In this document: piece after piece, positions 19,801 to 29,432 of the stretch
Position numbering within the stretch: the first letter of the stretch is position 1
Layout: each line of letters begins with the position of its first letter
Source: Deltaproteobacteria bacterium
GTDB lineage: Bacteria; UBA10199; JACPAL01; JACOUP01
Reading direction: 5' to 3'
Assembly (NCBI GenBank): GCA_016177765.1
Contig: JACOUP010000008.1
Span: forward strand, 836,864 to 900,863
Length of the DNA stretch: 64,000 nt
The notes under the pieces: generated by a model
Told to the model about the DNA's origin: nothing
What the model saw: the letters and a program-made list of their open reading frames with translations, nothing else
The model's database searches: none
Position numbers and translations under genes: made by a program

Positions 19801-21326
19801 AGGCGCGGTCGACCGGAAAGGACCGCGAGAGGAGTGTCATCCCCCATAGAGAAGACCGGGTCCTTCGCCTCCATGGCCATCGCCCGGACCACCAATTGAA
19901 TCTCTTCTTCCGAGTAACCAAACATCTTCTGCCGGCGGGTCAGGGGATCGGCCGGTTCTTTTTTTGGGGGAGCTGAGGTCTCCTCGTTCGATTTGAGTAC
20001 GAGGAGATTTTCCTCAAGCCATTGACGGTATGGTTTGAAGGAAGAGAGCTGTTTTTTGATCTCTTCATTGGTGAGCAGTTTCCCCCTGACGGTATCCACG
20101 GCGATCATCTTTCCGGGTCCCAACCTTCCCTTCTTGATAATCCGGCGTTCATCCAGTTCAATCGTACCGACCTCGGAACCCATAATGATCAGATTGTCAT
20201 CGGTGACGATGTAGCGGGCCGGGCGGAGTCCATTTCGGTCAAGGAGGGCTCCGACGATCTGGCCGTCGGAGAAGGCGATGGCGGCAGGGCCGTCCCAGGC
20301 CTCAGTAAAGAGGGCGTGGTATTCATAAAAGGCCCTCAGGTCCGGATCCATCTCTGTCTTGTTTTCCCAGGCCTCGGGGATCAACATGGCTGCGGTATGG
20401 AGGATGTTGCGTCCCCCCATGATCAGTGTTTCCAGGGCATTGTCGAAAGAGGCGGAATCACTCCCCCTGGGCTGGATGATCGGCCGGAGTGTTTTTGGGG
20501 TCTTGGACCATTCAAAAACAGAGAGCTCCGGTTCACGGGCCTTCATCCAGTTTCGGTTTCCGGCGATGGTGTTAATCTCTCCATTATGGGCGCAGTACCG
20601 GAACGGTTGGGCCAGCGCCCAGGTCGGAAAGGTATTTGTCGAAAACCGCTGGTGGTAGAGGACAAGGGCGGTTTCGAAGTCAGGGTTTTTGAGGTCCAGA
20701 TAAAATTCGGCAAGCTGAGGGGCGATGCAAAGGGCCTTGTAGATGATGACGCGGGAAGAGAAAGAGGGGATGTAAAAATCGTCGATTGACAGTTCCAGAA
20801 CGTGGGCCTCAATCTCCTTGCGGATGGTGAAAAGGACCTGTTCAAAGCTGGCTTTGGGAACGGGACCTGAACGGCCGATCAGGATCTGTTCAATCGCCGG
20901 CTGGACTTTTGCCGCTTTTTCTCCAAGCGCCTCCGGGTTCGTCGGGACCGGTCGCCAACCAAAGAGGGTGAGTTGGTATTTTCCAACAATCTCCTCGATG
21001 ATTTGCCGGCACCTCTCACGGGTCAGGTCATTTCGGGGAAAAAAGATCATCCCGATTGCCAGATCTTCGTCATCCGGAGACTCGTAACCGAGACGTTTGA
21101 CTTCTCTCTTAAAAATCTTGGTCGGGATCTGGGCCAGGATTCCAGCGCCATCCCCCGTCTTGCCATCGGAAGAGACTGCCCCACGGTGGGTGAGATTAGT
21201 GACCGCCGTCAGCCCTTTTTCCAGGATGTCGTGGCTCTTGTACCCCAGGATGTTGGCGACAAACCCGGTCCCGCACGAATCATGCTGGGCGGCGGGATCG
21301 AAAAGGCCGGTAGGGGCGGGGATCAT
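16761..21326 (-). CDS. gltB: glutamate synthase large subunit
   Basis: N-terminal amidotransferase CGTGF, FMN/TIM-barrel and GXGXG domains. 1521 aa. Confidence 0.95.
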   Translation of the reverse strand: MIPAPTGLFDPAAQHDSCGTGFVANILGYKSHDILEKGLTAVTNLTHRGAVSSDGKTGDGAGILAQIPTKIFKREVKRLGYESPDDEDLAIGMIFFPRNDLTRERCRQIIEEIVGKYQLTLFGWRPVPTNPEALGEKAAKVQPAIEQILIGRSGPVPKASFEQVLFTIRKEIEAHVLELSIDDFYIPSFSSRVIIYKALCIAPQLAEFYLDLKNPDFETALVLYHQRFSTNTFPTWALAQPFRYCAHNGEINTIAGNRNWMKAREPELSVFEWSKTPKTLRPIIQPRGSDSASFDNALETLIMGGRNILHTAAMLIPEAWENKTEMDPDLRAFYEYHALFTEAWDGPAAIAFSDGQIVGALLDRNGLRPARYIVTDDNLIIMGSEVGTIELDERRIIKKGRLGPGKMIAVDTVRGKLLTNEEIKKQLSSFKPYRQWLEENLLVLKSNEETSAPPKKEPADPLTRRQKMFGYSEEEIQLVVRAMAMEAKDPVFSMGDDTPLAVLSGRPRLLYSYFKQLFAQVTNPAIDPIREAMVMSLNTYLAPRKNIFAETPEHARRLKLSSPILLPHQFEELKNRKETGFESVTLQALFPVSDGPEGLEETLFDLCGAASHAIEEGKRILIISDRDADERRAPIPMLLAVSAVHHHLIREGQRMIATLVTETGDARDIHHFGCLIGYGTAAIYPYLAYETLTHEIERGFLPNLDLATAQRRFQKAVETGLLKIISKMGISTISSYRSAQIFEAIGLQRSVINRYFTGTPSRVGGIGLEEIARDTLTWHNQAFSSDIVLSLGGYYRFRRGEEYHAFNPDVVKAIHASAKSGVYEDYKKYANLVHERPPTTLRDLLEFKIREPIPLEEVEPVEEIRKRFTTSSISYGALSIEAHRDLAIAMNRIGAKSGSGEGGEDPARYKPLPNGDSANSAIKQVASARFGVTTEYLLNAKELEIKMAQGSKPGEGGQLPGHKVSDEIARVRHAQPGVTLISPPPHHDIYSIEDLKQLIYDLKQVSPEARIGVKLVSENGVGTIAAGVAKAHADVILISGHEGGTGASPASSIKNAGSAWELGLAEAQQTLVMNDLRGKVLLRVDGGMKTGRDVVVAALLGAEEYGFGTAPLIAEGCVMARQCHLNTCPVGVTTHDEQLRKKYVGTPERIIHFMNGVAGEVREILASLGFRSLDEVIGRVDLLQPKKRVEQDKIKHLDLSPILTDIDPEGKRAKKRNTPRNNFPIEPSLDQKILQDGRAAIEGKGDSPKGDPPKGVSPRRSVKLSYPIRNIHRTVGARVAGEVAKRYGDKGLPDGILLECSFKGTAGQSFGAFAVPGLRWILIGQANDYVGKGMTGGEIVIRPHPKARYASHENVIMGNTVLYGATGGSLFASGQAGERFCVRNSGAVAVVEGVGDHGCEYMTGGVVVVLGEVGQNFGAGMTGGEVYLFDELKSFESRYNQELIELSRLENTEDADKLHQLVLKHFEFTQSPHAERILKKWNRFLPLFWKVSPKNLKQIQNLTAAVGETDQPKDFQQNLRA
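17553..17597. repeat. Three tandem 15-nt units (GGGTGACACACCCTT, GGGTGGATCACCCTT, GGGTGAATCACCCTT) in-frame inside gltB
   Basis: Direct reading. On the gltB strand they encode KGDSPKGDPPKGVS, placed ahead of the GXGXG domain. Confidence 0.75.
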
Positions 21327-21748
21327 GCCTTCTTGCGGTTTTTCTTCCAGGCCTTTCTATCCTGTTTGAGGGTGGAAGAGGCCTCGTCAAACTTTTTTTC
21401 CTTCTCCTTCACCTCTTCCCTAAAGGTTTTCTGGAAATTTTTGAAGGTTTCCTCGAGGTTTTCATAGGTGACATTGAACTTTTCGCAGATGGAGCCCCAG
21501 TCCTGATGGTTGGTCACCCTTTCGTTGTAAATCACAAACAGTGGTTTGGCCGTCAGCTGGTGCATCGCCTTGGCAATCAACTCGTCAGAAGGGTTTTCCC
21601 ATTTAAAGGTGCTGTGACCAACCGCCTTGGCCCCCCCTCCGGAGAAAATCTTTGGATAACCGGCGGGGTGCCCGGTTTTGCCTTTGGCAAAGAGGGTCGG
21701 CGAGAAACTCAAGGCAACGACGACTGCAGAAAGGACAACCGCTTTCAT
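21323..21748 (-). CDS. hypothetical secreted protein
   Basis: Start at MKAVVLS, preceded by AGGAGG. Signal peptide; Lys-rich C-terminus. Confidence 0.5.
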   Translation of the reverse strand: MKAVVLSAVVVALSFSPTLFAKGKTGHPAGYPKIFSGGGAKAVGHSTFKWENPSDELIAKAMHQLTAKPLFVIYNERVTNHQDWGSICEKFNVTYENLEETFKNFQKTFREEVKEKEKKFDEASSTLKQDRKAWKKNRKKA

Positions 21749-21764
21749 TTTTACCTCCTTAAAA

Positions 21765-22475
21765 TTACTTTTTAACATGCAGGCCACATTCTTTTGTTTC
21801 CGGGTTTTCCCACCACCATCGTCCTGCCCGTTCATCTTCTCCCGGTTTTACCGCCCGGGTACAGGGGGCACAGCCGATTGAGGGGTACCCTTTGTCATGC
21901 AGGATATTGTACGGCACGCCGTTTTTCTTGATATATTGCCAGACCTGCTCGCTCGTCCACTCCGCCAGCGGGTTGATCTTGTAAATATTGTTATGGGCGC
22001 TGTCGATCTCCACCTTGGGGACCGCTGTTCGGGTAACCGACTGTTGACGGCGCAGGCCGGTAATCCAGGCATCGACAGTGGCCAGCGCCCGATTGAGCGG
22101 CTCCACCTTTCTGACGCCACAGCACTCCTTGCGGTTTTCAATCGAGTCATAAAAAAGATTCATCCCCTTGGCCCGGACCATCTTTTCAACCGCCGTTGTG
22201 TTGGGGAACATCACCTCGATGGTGATATTGTACTTGTCGCGGATCTTGTCCATCACGTCGTAGGTCTCAGGGTTCAGACGGCCTGTCTCCAGACAGAAGA
22301 TTCGAGCCCTGGGGTCAATCTTCACCATCATATCGACCAGGGCGACATCCTCCGCCCCAAAGCTACAGGCGAGCGCCACCTTGTCCCCAAACTTTTTCAG
22401 GGCCCAGGCAAGAACCTCCTCGGCGGTTTTTCCCTCAAAATCGTCTAATTTTTCGGCAAGTTGAATCTTAGTCAT
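21765..22475 (-). CDS. cysH: phosphoadenylyl-/adenylyl-sulfate reductase (thioredoxin-dependent, Fe-S type)
   Basis: PAPS reductase fold with CCGVRK and ECGLH cysteine motifs. Confidence 0.85.
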   Translation of the reverse strand: MTKIQLAEKLDDFEGKTAEEVLAWALKKFGDKVALACSFGAEDVALVDMMVKIDPRARIFCLETGRLNPETYDVMDKIRDKYNITIEVMFPNTTAVEKMVRAKGMNLFYDSIENRKECCGVRKVEPLNRALATVDAWITGLRRQQSVTRTAVPKVEIDSAHNNIYKINPLAEWTSEQVWQYIKKNGVPYNILHDKGYPSIGCAPCTRAVKPGEDERAGRWWWENPETKECGLHVKK

Positions 22476-22532
22476 GGTCTGTTTCCCTTTCGTCGGATAG
22501 GGGAGAAGCCTAAAACAAACGGGGAAGGTCTG

Positions 22533-23090
22533 TCAACCCTCCCACTTGATGGAACAGCCGATCGGGTGGGATTCCGGTATCGAAACCGGTTTTCCGGTGA
22601 GCATTTCGTCCAAGGCTTGGCGCAAGAATTGTTTCGTGACCTTTTCGGGTTCTTCATAGTTGTCATCTAATCTTCCATGAAAGCGCAAAAGCCGCTTTTC
22701 ATCAAAGGCATAAATTTCCGGCGTGCAGGCGGCATCATAGGCCTTGGCCGTTTTTTGTGTCTCATCACGGAGGTAGGGGAAGTTGTATCTTTTCTCTTTG
22801 GTCCGGATCACCATGTTCTCAAAATTATCTTCCGGGTAGTTTTTGGTCTCGTTCGCGTTAATCGCAACCAATTGCACCCCTTTGGTGGTATAATCTCGTT
22901 GTACCGCGATAATCCTTTCCTCATACGCCTGAACGTAGGGGCAATGATTGCAGGTAAACATCACCACGAGGATTTTTTTGTCTTTGAAGGAGGCGAGGGA
23001 ATAAGTTTTGTCATCGACACCGGGGAGTGAAAAATCGGGGGCCGAATCCCCAAACTTGAGTTTGCAAGGATTTTTGGTGATTAACGCCAT
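22533..23090 (-). CDS. thioredoxin-like thiol-disulfide oxidoreductase
   Basis: CNHCPY active-site motif in a thioredoxin fold. Confidence 0.7.
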   Translation of the reverse strand: MALITKNPCKLKFGDSAPDFSLPGVDDKTYSLASFKDKKILVVMFTCNHCPYVQAYEERIIAVQRDYTTKGVQLVAINANETKNYPEDNFENMVIRTKEKRYNFPYLRDETQKTAKAYDAACTPEIYAFDEKRLLRFHGRLDDNYEEPEKVTKQFLRQALDEMLTGKPVSIPESHPIGCSIKWEG

Positions 23091-23095
23091 AAGAG

Positions 23096-23323
23096 TCAGG
23101 ATGATAAACTATTTAAAAAATTCTGGAGCTTGTCTTTAATCCCCGCTTCTTGGGTAATCCAGGCGGGACCGTGGTAGAGTTCTTTAATTTTCAAGACGAG
23201 GCGATCGTACTCCCCGTCGATCTCTTTTAAATCAAAATCGGTAAGGAGGGGCCACTCGGTCTTTACAAAGCGTTGGACGCTTTCCCAATCGGTTTGGAGA
23301 CGGTTCGGTGTGGTCTTGCTCAA
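23096..23323 (-). CDS. small hypothetical protein
   Basis: 75-aa ORF whose start overlaps the ferredoxin stop. Confidence 0.4.
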   Translation of the reverse strand: MSKTTPNRLQTDWESVQRFVKTEWPLLTDFDLKEIDGEYDRLVLKIKELYHGPAWITQEAGIKDKLQNFLNSLSS

Positions 23324-23640
23324 GGTTTCAGATCAGGATTAGGGTGTTTTAACTTGGGTGGATCATTGGGTGGACGGGGAGTGATAGCGGCATTATCCTT
23401 GTATTGAGGGGAATACTCCGCATTCATCTTGGCCCATTCGGGGGCCTCATCAACCGAGGCGACGATCGCCTCCACGGGACACTCCGGCAGACAGGCCCCG
23501 CAATCGATGCAGACCTCCGGGTCGATCACCATGAAGGCCTGACCTTTATAATCTCCGGGGTAGATGCAATTGACCGGACAGACATCCACACAGTCGGCGT
23601 ACCGTTCACCGAGACACTCCTGATTAATCACATACGGCAT
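23320..23640 (-). CDS. ferredoxin, dicluster 4Fe-4S type
   Basis: Two Cys clusters (CxxxxxCxxCP and CIDCGACxxECP). Confidence 0.8.
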   Translation of the reverse strand: MPYVINQECLGERYADCVDVCPVNCIYPGDYKGQAFMVIDPEVCIDCGACLPECPVEAIVASVDEAPEWAKMNAEYSPQYKDNAAITPRPPNDPPKLKHPNPDLKP

Positions 23641-23717
23641 GGGGGAAACCTCCTTTTCGTCCAGGGGACGCTATAATAGGTTAAAAAGGAAGTCAACTCA
23701 GTGGAACAGGTCTGTGA

Positions 23718-24710
23718 TTAAATCTGTCGAATTTTAATTCCGGCTTCCCGAAGGAGTTTGAGCGGCATTTCTGCGAGGGGGTAATTATGATTAAAAACGA
23801 CTTCGGTCAGACCGGAATTGATGATCATTTTACTGCAGAGCAGGCAGGGGGAAAAGGTGGTGTAAAGGGTGGCTCCCTTGATGTTGACGCCGTGATAGGC
23901 CGATTGGGTAATCGCGTTTTCTTCGGCGTGGGAGCACAGACATTCCTCCAGTTGTGAACCGGACGGTGCCAGACTGCTGCAACGGGGGCATCCCCCCTCG
24001 TTGCAGTTTTTCACGCCGCGGGGGGTGCCGTTGTAACCGGTCGCAATGATTCGTTTGTCTTTCACCAGGATCGCGGCGACTTTTCTCTTCAGGCAGTTGC
24101 TCCGGAGCGAGACCACCCTGGCAATGCTCATGAAATACTCGTCCCAATCAGGACGGGCGATCGAGGCCGAGAGATTTTGCACGATCTTGGCGATTCGCTC
24201 CTGCAATTCAACAAGGGTGCCGTCGTTTTCGATGGTCCCGTCGGCCAGTGCCGCTGTCTTGAGGAGTTGCTGGGTGTTTTCGTCCTTCCCCTCAAGTTCT
24301 GCCTTCTCCAACTGACGGAACTTGTCCAGGGTTTGAGGGTCATTTTCGCGCCCCCTCTTTTTGATCCTGTCAAAACGGATCTTCTCCGGGGCCGTGACGT
24401 TCATTAGCTTGAAATCGGGACGCTTCCTGAAGACGGCAACCTCAGCCGGATTGCGGATCGAATCAACGACGTAGTTTTTATCTGCGGAGAGCTTTTCTAA
24501 GGTTTTTTCGGCCAAGACACCCGCCCCGTGATGTCGCCGAAGCTCATTGCCGGTGGCGATGAGATTTTCTCGGGTGACCGGTTGACCCCGGCGCGTCAAC
24601 TCTTCCCGAAGGATGTCTGAAAGGGAGAGGGGCTCAAAACCGCTCTTTTTGAGGAAGTGCACAACCTCCCCCTTGCCGGCCCCATTGCGGCCGGTAAGAC
24701 CTAATATCAT
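23718..24710 (-). CDS. fusion protein: N-terminal P-loop nucleotide kinase-like domain + C-terminal dCMP deaminase domain
   Basis: N-terminus GLTGRNGAGKG (Walker A) in a nucleoside/nucleotide-kinase-like domain. C-terminus HAEENAI...PCLLCSKMI is the zinc-binding CMP/dCMP deaminase signature. Start assigned to MILGLTG (ATG at 24710). Confidence 0.7.
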   Translation of the reverse strand: MILGLTGRNGAGKGEVVHFLKKSGFEPLSLSDILREELTRRGQPVTRENLIATGNELRRHHGAGVLAEKTLEKLSADKNYVVDSIRNPAEVAVFRKRPDFKLMNVTAPEKIRFDRIKKRGRENDPQTLDKFRQLEKAELEGKDENTQQLLKTAALADGTIENDGTLVELQERIAKIVQNLSASIARPDWDEYFMSIARVVSLRSNCLKRKVAAILVKDKRIIATGYNGTPRGVKNCNEGGCPRCSSLAPSGSQLEECLCSHAEENAITQSAYHGVNIKGATLYTTFSPCLLCSKMIINSGLTEVVFNHNYPLAEMPLKLLREAGIKIRQI

Positions 24711-24888
24711 AGTGTACACAAAGATACTTCTTAAGAATAGCCCCTGTCCACTTTTTTTTAAAAGCCCACTGAAGTGCAAAAGTCATGCCTTGGACGACTC
24801 TTATCAACAAATATTTTCACTTCGTTTCTTTTTGGTTTGCAAGATGGCTGTTTTTCTATATGATGAGAACTGAAAGGCGGGAGAACCA

Positions 24889-25332
24889 ATGCAGGCGCGG
24901 CTTAGAATAGTACAGGAAGGGGAGTTTGTCGTCAAGACGGCCCCTCATCTGAATATCCGGTGTCTTCAGAGAAAGGCAGCGAGTGCCCTGCATCATATTG
25001 CCGCCAGCGGGTTCGAAGATTTTCGTTACCCCCGCGTTTGGGTACGATACTTAAGAAATATTCTGGAAAAGCTTCAGGAGGAAAATCCCCCCCCTCTCTA
25101 TGAACTGGCGGAGGTGGAGGATGATCTGGAAGCGATCGAGGCGGGGATGCTCCATATGAACATTACGACCCGGCCGGTGGAGGTCCTTTTTTTGCCGAGA
25201 TCTCTCTCTCCAGAGCTAATTAATCGTCTGGCCTGTCTCAAACAGAAGATCCAACCCCAGCCACCGGTCAGTCAAGTCCCTCTCGAAAATCGCTATAACA
25301 TGATCCCCCTCCGGCAGAGGCTGATTCGCTAG
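24889..25332 (+). CDS. hypothetical protein
   Basis: 147-aa ORF with consistent coding bias and no recognised motif. Confidence 0.4.
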   Translation: MQARLRIVQEGEFVVKTAPHLNIRCLQRKAASALHHIAASGFEDFRYPRVWVRYLRNILEKLQEENPPPLYELAEVEDDLEAIEAGMLHMNITTRPVEVLFLPRSLSPELINRLACLKQKIQPQPPVSQVPLENRYNMIPLRQRLIR

Positions 25333-25374
25333 TATTGACAAGGGGCACTTCTCCTTATTAGGTTCCTCCCCCCT

Positions 25375-26517
25375 ATGGCCCATAACCTGTATCCGTATTT
25401 TGCGGAACTCCAGAAGATCCCCTCCACCCGTAAACTCAAGCGGTCCAGAGTTTATTCCAAGGTCCGGCCGGAGCTCGAAAAACTGTTGAACTCTGTCGAC
25501 GTCGGCTTGTTTGCGAAAAATGAAGATGGGAAAACTCAAGGCCCTTACAGAGCGGTGGCCTGGAATCTGGAGAGGGGGATCCGCTACGACGGGATCGAGA
25601 AGGTTCTCAAGGAGCATCCTCTACTTAAGGGTGGGGATCTCTATTTTATCCCGGAGACCGATTGGGGGATGGCCCGTTCCCAAAACCGGCATATTGCGCG
25701 CGATCTGGCCCAGTCCCTGAGGCTCAACTATTTCTTTGCCCCGTCCTATCTCAACCTCTGCAAGGGGAGTGGCCTGGAGGCTGAGGCGGAGGGGGAGAAT
25801 ACGGTTGGTTTGCATGGGATCAGTATCCTTTCCCGTTACCCGATCAAGAATCCCCGGACGGTGGCGCTGAAAAATGCTAAGGACAAATTCAAGGGAAAGG
25901 AGAAACGACTAGGTCACAAAAGAATCCCGGTCTGTGATGTTGAATTGCCGGCAGGAACGGTGACGGTAGCTTGTGTCCATCTCGATGCCCACTCCTCGCA
26001 ACGGCAGAGGGCCTGCCAGATGAAGACGATTCTCAAGGCCTTGCGGGATAACCCTTATCCGGTATTGGTCGGCGGTGACTGGAACACCAGCACCTATAAT
26101 TCCCGGCGGGCTACTTATGCCATTGTTGGATTCTGGCGGCGCGTCTTCATGGGGACCGGTCATGTGATCAGCAATCACTACCAGCATCCGGACCACTGGT
26201 TTGAACGGAAATTATTCCGGGGTCTGGAGAAAGAGGGATTCAACTATAAAGATTTCAATCAGAATGGGGGAGGGACGATTCACTATCACGTTGACGATAT
26301 CCGGGCTTATAAAAATCTCAAGGATTGGATCCCGCAATGGTGTTTTCGTTTCATTGAATGGTCCCTGAGGGGACACAACGGGGAATGCCCGTTCAAGCTG
26401 GACTGGTTTGCGGGTAAGGGGCTAAGACCGGCCAACCCCGGGATTGTCGGAAACCTCACCCATAACGGCTACAAACTCTCCGACCACGATCCGATTGTGG
26501 TCGGTTTTACTCTATGA
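25375..26517 (+). CDS. endonuclease/exonuclease/phosphatase (EEP) family protein
   Basis: GISILSRYPI and GGDWN motifs of the EEP fold. Confidence 0.7.
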   Translation: MAHNLYPYFAELQKIPSTRKLKRSRVYSKVRPELEKLLNSVDVGLFAKNEDGKTQGPYRAVAWNLERGIRYDGIEKVLKEHPLLKGGDLYFIPETDWGMARSQNRHIARDLAQSLRLNYFFAPSYLNLCKGSGLEAEAEGENTVGLHGISILSRYPIKNPRTVALKNAKDKFKGKEKRLGHKRIPVCDVELPAGTVTVACVHLDAHSSQRQRACQMKTILKALRDNPYPVLVGGDWNTSTYNSRRATYAIVGFWRRVFMGTGHVISNHYQHPDHWFERKLFRGLEKEGFNYKDFNQNGGGTIHYHVDDIRAYKNLKDWIPQWCFRFIEWSLRGHNGECPFKLDWFAGKGLRPANPGIVGNLTHNGYKLSDHDPIVVGFTL

Positions 26518-28385
26518 AACCACTCGTTCAGAATAACAAGGTCCGCAACATCGCCATTATTGCCCATGTTGATCATGGCAAGACGACGCTGGTCGATTTC
26601 ATGCTCCGGGCCAGTGGCACCTTTCGGGAGAATCAGGCGGTGAGTGAGAGGGTCATGGATAGCATGGATCTGGAGAGGGAGCGTGGCATCACCATTGCTT
26701 CCAAAAACTGTGCCATCCACTGGAATGGGGTCAAGATCAACATCATCGATACCCCCGGCCATGCCGATTTCGGCGGCGAGGTGGAGCGTGGCCTCAAGAT
26801 GGTCGATGGGGCGATCCTGCTGGTGGATGCTTCGGAAGGACCACTGCCGCAGACCCGGTTTGTTTTAAAAAAGGCGCTCGAGGCCCACCTCAAAATTATT
26901 GTGGTGATCAACAAGATTGATCGCAAGGATGCCCGTCCTCAAGAGGTCTTGAACGAAGTCTATAGTCTGTTCATCGATCTCGATGCCGATGACAGCCAGA
27001 TCGAATTCCCTGTTCTTTATGCGATCGGTCGCGAAGGGATTGCCCAAAAAACCCTGGCGGGGAGGGGGACAAATCTGGGTCCGCTCTTCGAAACGATCTT
27101 GCAGGAGATCCCGCCTCCGAGTTATGACCCAGCCGAACCTTTCCAGATGTTGGTCACTAACCTTTCCTATTCCGATTACCTTGGCCGTCTGGCGATCGGG
27201 CGGGTCTTTAACGGCTCGGCCAAAAAGAATGACAATCTTGTCTGCCTGCCCCGGGACAACCAACCGAGACCGCTCAAAATCTCCAGCCTTCAGGTTTTTG
27301 ACGGCATCCGACTCTCTGAAACGGAAGAGGTAAACCCCGGAGATATCATCCTCCTCTCGGGCATTGAAAATGTGGAGATTGGCGATACCATCTGTACCGG
27401 CGATGCCCCCAAGGCGTTGAAGAGGATCACCGTTGACGAACCGACCGTCTCCATGAAGTTCATGATCAACACCTCCCCCTTTGCCGGCAAGGAGGGGAGC
27501 TTCGTGCAGTCGCGAAAGATCTGGGAGCGGCTCCAGAAGGAGACGCTCCATAACGTGGCACTCCGGGTGGAGGAGGGGGAAAATGCCGACAGCTTCATTG
27601 TAAAGGGGCGCGGCGAATTCCAGATGGCGATCCTGATCGAAACAATGAGGCGAGAAGGGTTTGAGATGAGCGTGAGTCGACCCAAGGTTATCCTTAAATA
27701 TGGAAATCAGCCCCAACGGGGCGTTGAGGGGGAGGCTCCAACGGCTTTGCCGGTGGAGGGGGCGACGCAAGCCCCTATAACAGAGCCGGTGGAACATTTA
27801 TTCGTCGACATCCACGAGGACTTTACCGGCATTGTGACCGAGAAACTCTCCCGACGACTGGGACGGATGATCAACATGGTCAACCATGGCACCGGCCGCG
27901 TTCGGCTGGAGTTTTCGATCCCCTCCCGCGGTTTGATCGGTTACCGGAGCGAATTTTTGACCGACACCAAGGGAACGGGGTTGATGAATTCTTATGTGCA
28001 GGGGTACGAGCCTTTCCGCGGGGAGATCAAGAGCCGGGTGACCGGTTCTTTAGTTTCCGACCGGCAGGGGGATTCGGTCGCCTATGGTCTGTTCCATCTG
28101 GAACCGCGCGGCATTCTCTTTATTGAGGCCGGTGTCCCGGTCTATGAAGGGATGATTATCGGGGAGAACAACCGGGAGCAGGACCTGAACGTGAACCCCT
28201 GTAAGGAAAAGAAACTCTCCAACATGCGGGCCGCCGGCAAGGACGAAAATATCACCTTGAGCCCCGTCCTGCCGATGACCCTGGAACGGGCGATTGAATT
28301 CATCCGGGATGACGAACAGGTCGAAGTCACCCCCAAAAACATCCGCCTTCGCAAGAATACCCTCTCGGCCACGTTTCGAAAGTAG
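26514..28385 (+). CDS. typA: translational GTPase TypA/BipA
   Basis: AHVDHGKTTL G1 motif, DTPGHADF G3 motif, EF-G-like domain organisation. 623 aa. Confidence 0.95.
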   Translation: MKPLVQNNKVRNIAIIAHVDHGKTTLVDFMLRASGTFRENQAVSERVMDSMDLERERGITIASKNCAIHWNGVKINIIDTPGHADFGGEVERGLKMVDGAILLVDASEGPLPQTRFVLKKALEAHLKIIVVINKIDRKDARPQEVLNEVYSLFIDLDADDSQIEFPVLYAIGREGIAQKTLAGRGTNLGPLFETILQEIPPPSYDPAEPFQMLVTNLSYSDYLGRLAIGRVFNGSAKKNDNLVCLPRDNQPRPLKISSLQVFDGIRLSETEEVNPGDIILLSGIENVEIGDTICTGDAPKALKRITVDEPTVSMKFMINTSPFAGKEGSFVQSRKIWERLQKETLHNVALRVEEGENADSFIVKGRGEFQMAILIETMRREGFEMSVSRPKVILKYGNQPQRGVEGEAPTALPVEGATQAPITEPVEHLFVDIHEDFTGIVTEKLSRRLGRMINMVNHGTGRVRLEFSIPSRGLIGYRSEFLTDTKGTGLMNSYVQGYEPFRGEIKSRVTGSLVSDRQGDSVAYGLFHLEPRGILFIEAGVPVYEGMIIGENNREQDLNVNPCKEKKLSNMRAAGKDENITLSPVLPMTLERAIEFIRDDEQVEVTPKNIRLRKNTLSATFRK

Positions 28386-28441
28386 GGAATTCTTGGTTGA
28401 CAATCCCTCTTCAGGGAGGTCGACAGTTAAGCTTTTAACGA

Positions 28442-29137
28442 GTGAGTTCCCCGATGACCTTTTCTTGGAACGGTTTTAGACGCGGTCTCCAGCAGACGAT
28501 CCCACTGGCCTTCAGTGTTGGCGCCTACGGTCTTTTGTTCGGGATGCTGGCCCAGAAGGCGGGGATGTCGCTGGCCGAGACGCTCCTGATGTGTTTGACC
28601 GTTTTCGCCGGTGCCTCGCAGTTGGTGGCGACCGACCTCTGGCAGTCTCCTCTCCCGGTCTTGGCGATCATCGTCACCACCTTTGTCATTAATGCCAGGC
28701 ACCTCTTGATGGGGGCGGCGTTACACCCCTGGTTCAAATCGCTCAAACCACACCAGGCGTACGGCAGTCTCTTCTTCTGTGCCGACGAGAACTGGGCCTT
28801 CTCCCTCGCCTCTTTTCAAAAGGGGGAAAAAGACTTGGCCTTTCTGGCCGGCGGGGGGTTTTCTATCTACACCTTTTGGTTTACGGCTTCGTGGATCGGG
28901 TTTACCGGCGGGCAAATTATCCCCGACCCGAGAGTCTGGGGACTCGATTTTGCCTTTACCGCCGTTTTTCTGGCGCTCCTTGTCAGCCTCTGGCAGGGAC
29001 GTGGAGATCTCTGGCCCTGGCTTGTTGCCGCGGTTGCGGCGGTCGTCACCCATCATTTTTTGCCGGGCAAGGGGTACATCCTGGTCGGGGCCTTTTTAGG
29101 AAGTCTTGTGGGGGCTTGGCGCTATGGAAATCGGTAG
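28442..29137 (+). CDS. azlC: AzlC family branched-chain amino acid exporter subunit
   Basis: AzlC-like polytopic membrane protein, followed by azlD. Confidence 0.75.
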   Translation: MSSPMTFSWNGFRRGLQQTIPLAFSVGAYGLLFGMLAQKAGMSLAETLLMCLTVFAGASQLVATDLWQSPLPVLAIIVTTFVINARHLLMGAALHPWFKSLKPHQAYGSLFFCADENWAFSLASFQKGEKDLAFLAGGGFSIYTFWFTASWIGFTGGQIIPDPRVWGLDFAFTAVFLALLVSLWQGRGDLWPWLVAAVAAVVTHHFLPGKGYILVGAFLGSLVGAWRYGNR

Positions 29138-29432
29138 AACCGCTTTCTTCACCATCCTCGGGATGGCCCTGGTGACCTATCTTTCCCGGATCGGCGGGCT
29201 TTGGTGTCTCAACCGGATGGCGATCACCCCCCGTCTGGAGGCCTGGCTCAAGGTGTTACCCGGAACAATTCTGGTTTCGATTGTGGCTCCATCGATCATC
29301 ATGGGTGGACCGGCCGAAAAACTCTCCGCCCTTCTCACCATTCTGGTCGCTTGGCGGACCCGTAATATCCTTTTGGCAATGATGATTGGTGTTGCGGCCG
29401 TTTGGTCGCTACGATATTTACTGGGCGGATGA
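29124..29432 (+). CDS. azlD: AzlD family protein
   Basis: Small ~100-aa membrane protein overlapping the azlC end. Start assigned to MEIGRTAFF. Confidence 0.65.
   Translation: MEIGRTAFFTILGMALVTYLSRIGGLWCLNRMAITPRLEAWLKVLPGTILVSIVAPSIIMGGPAEKLSALLTILVAWRTRNILLAMMIGVAAVWSLRYLLGG

Noticed and set aside
16908-20789. Multiple 200-280 aa ORFs on the plus strand opposite gltB
   Set aside because: GC-rich antisense frames of a long conserved gene routinely stay open. None has motifs or start contexts.
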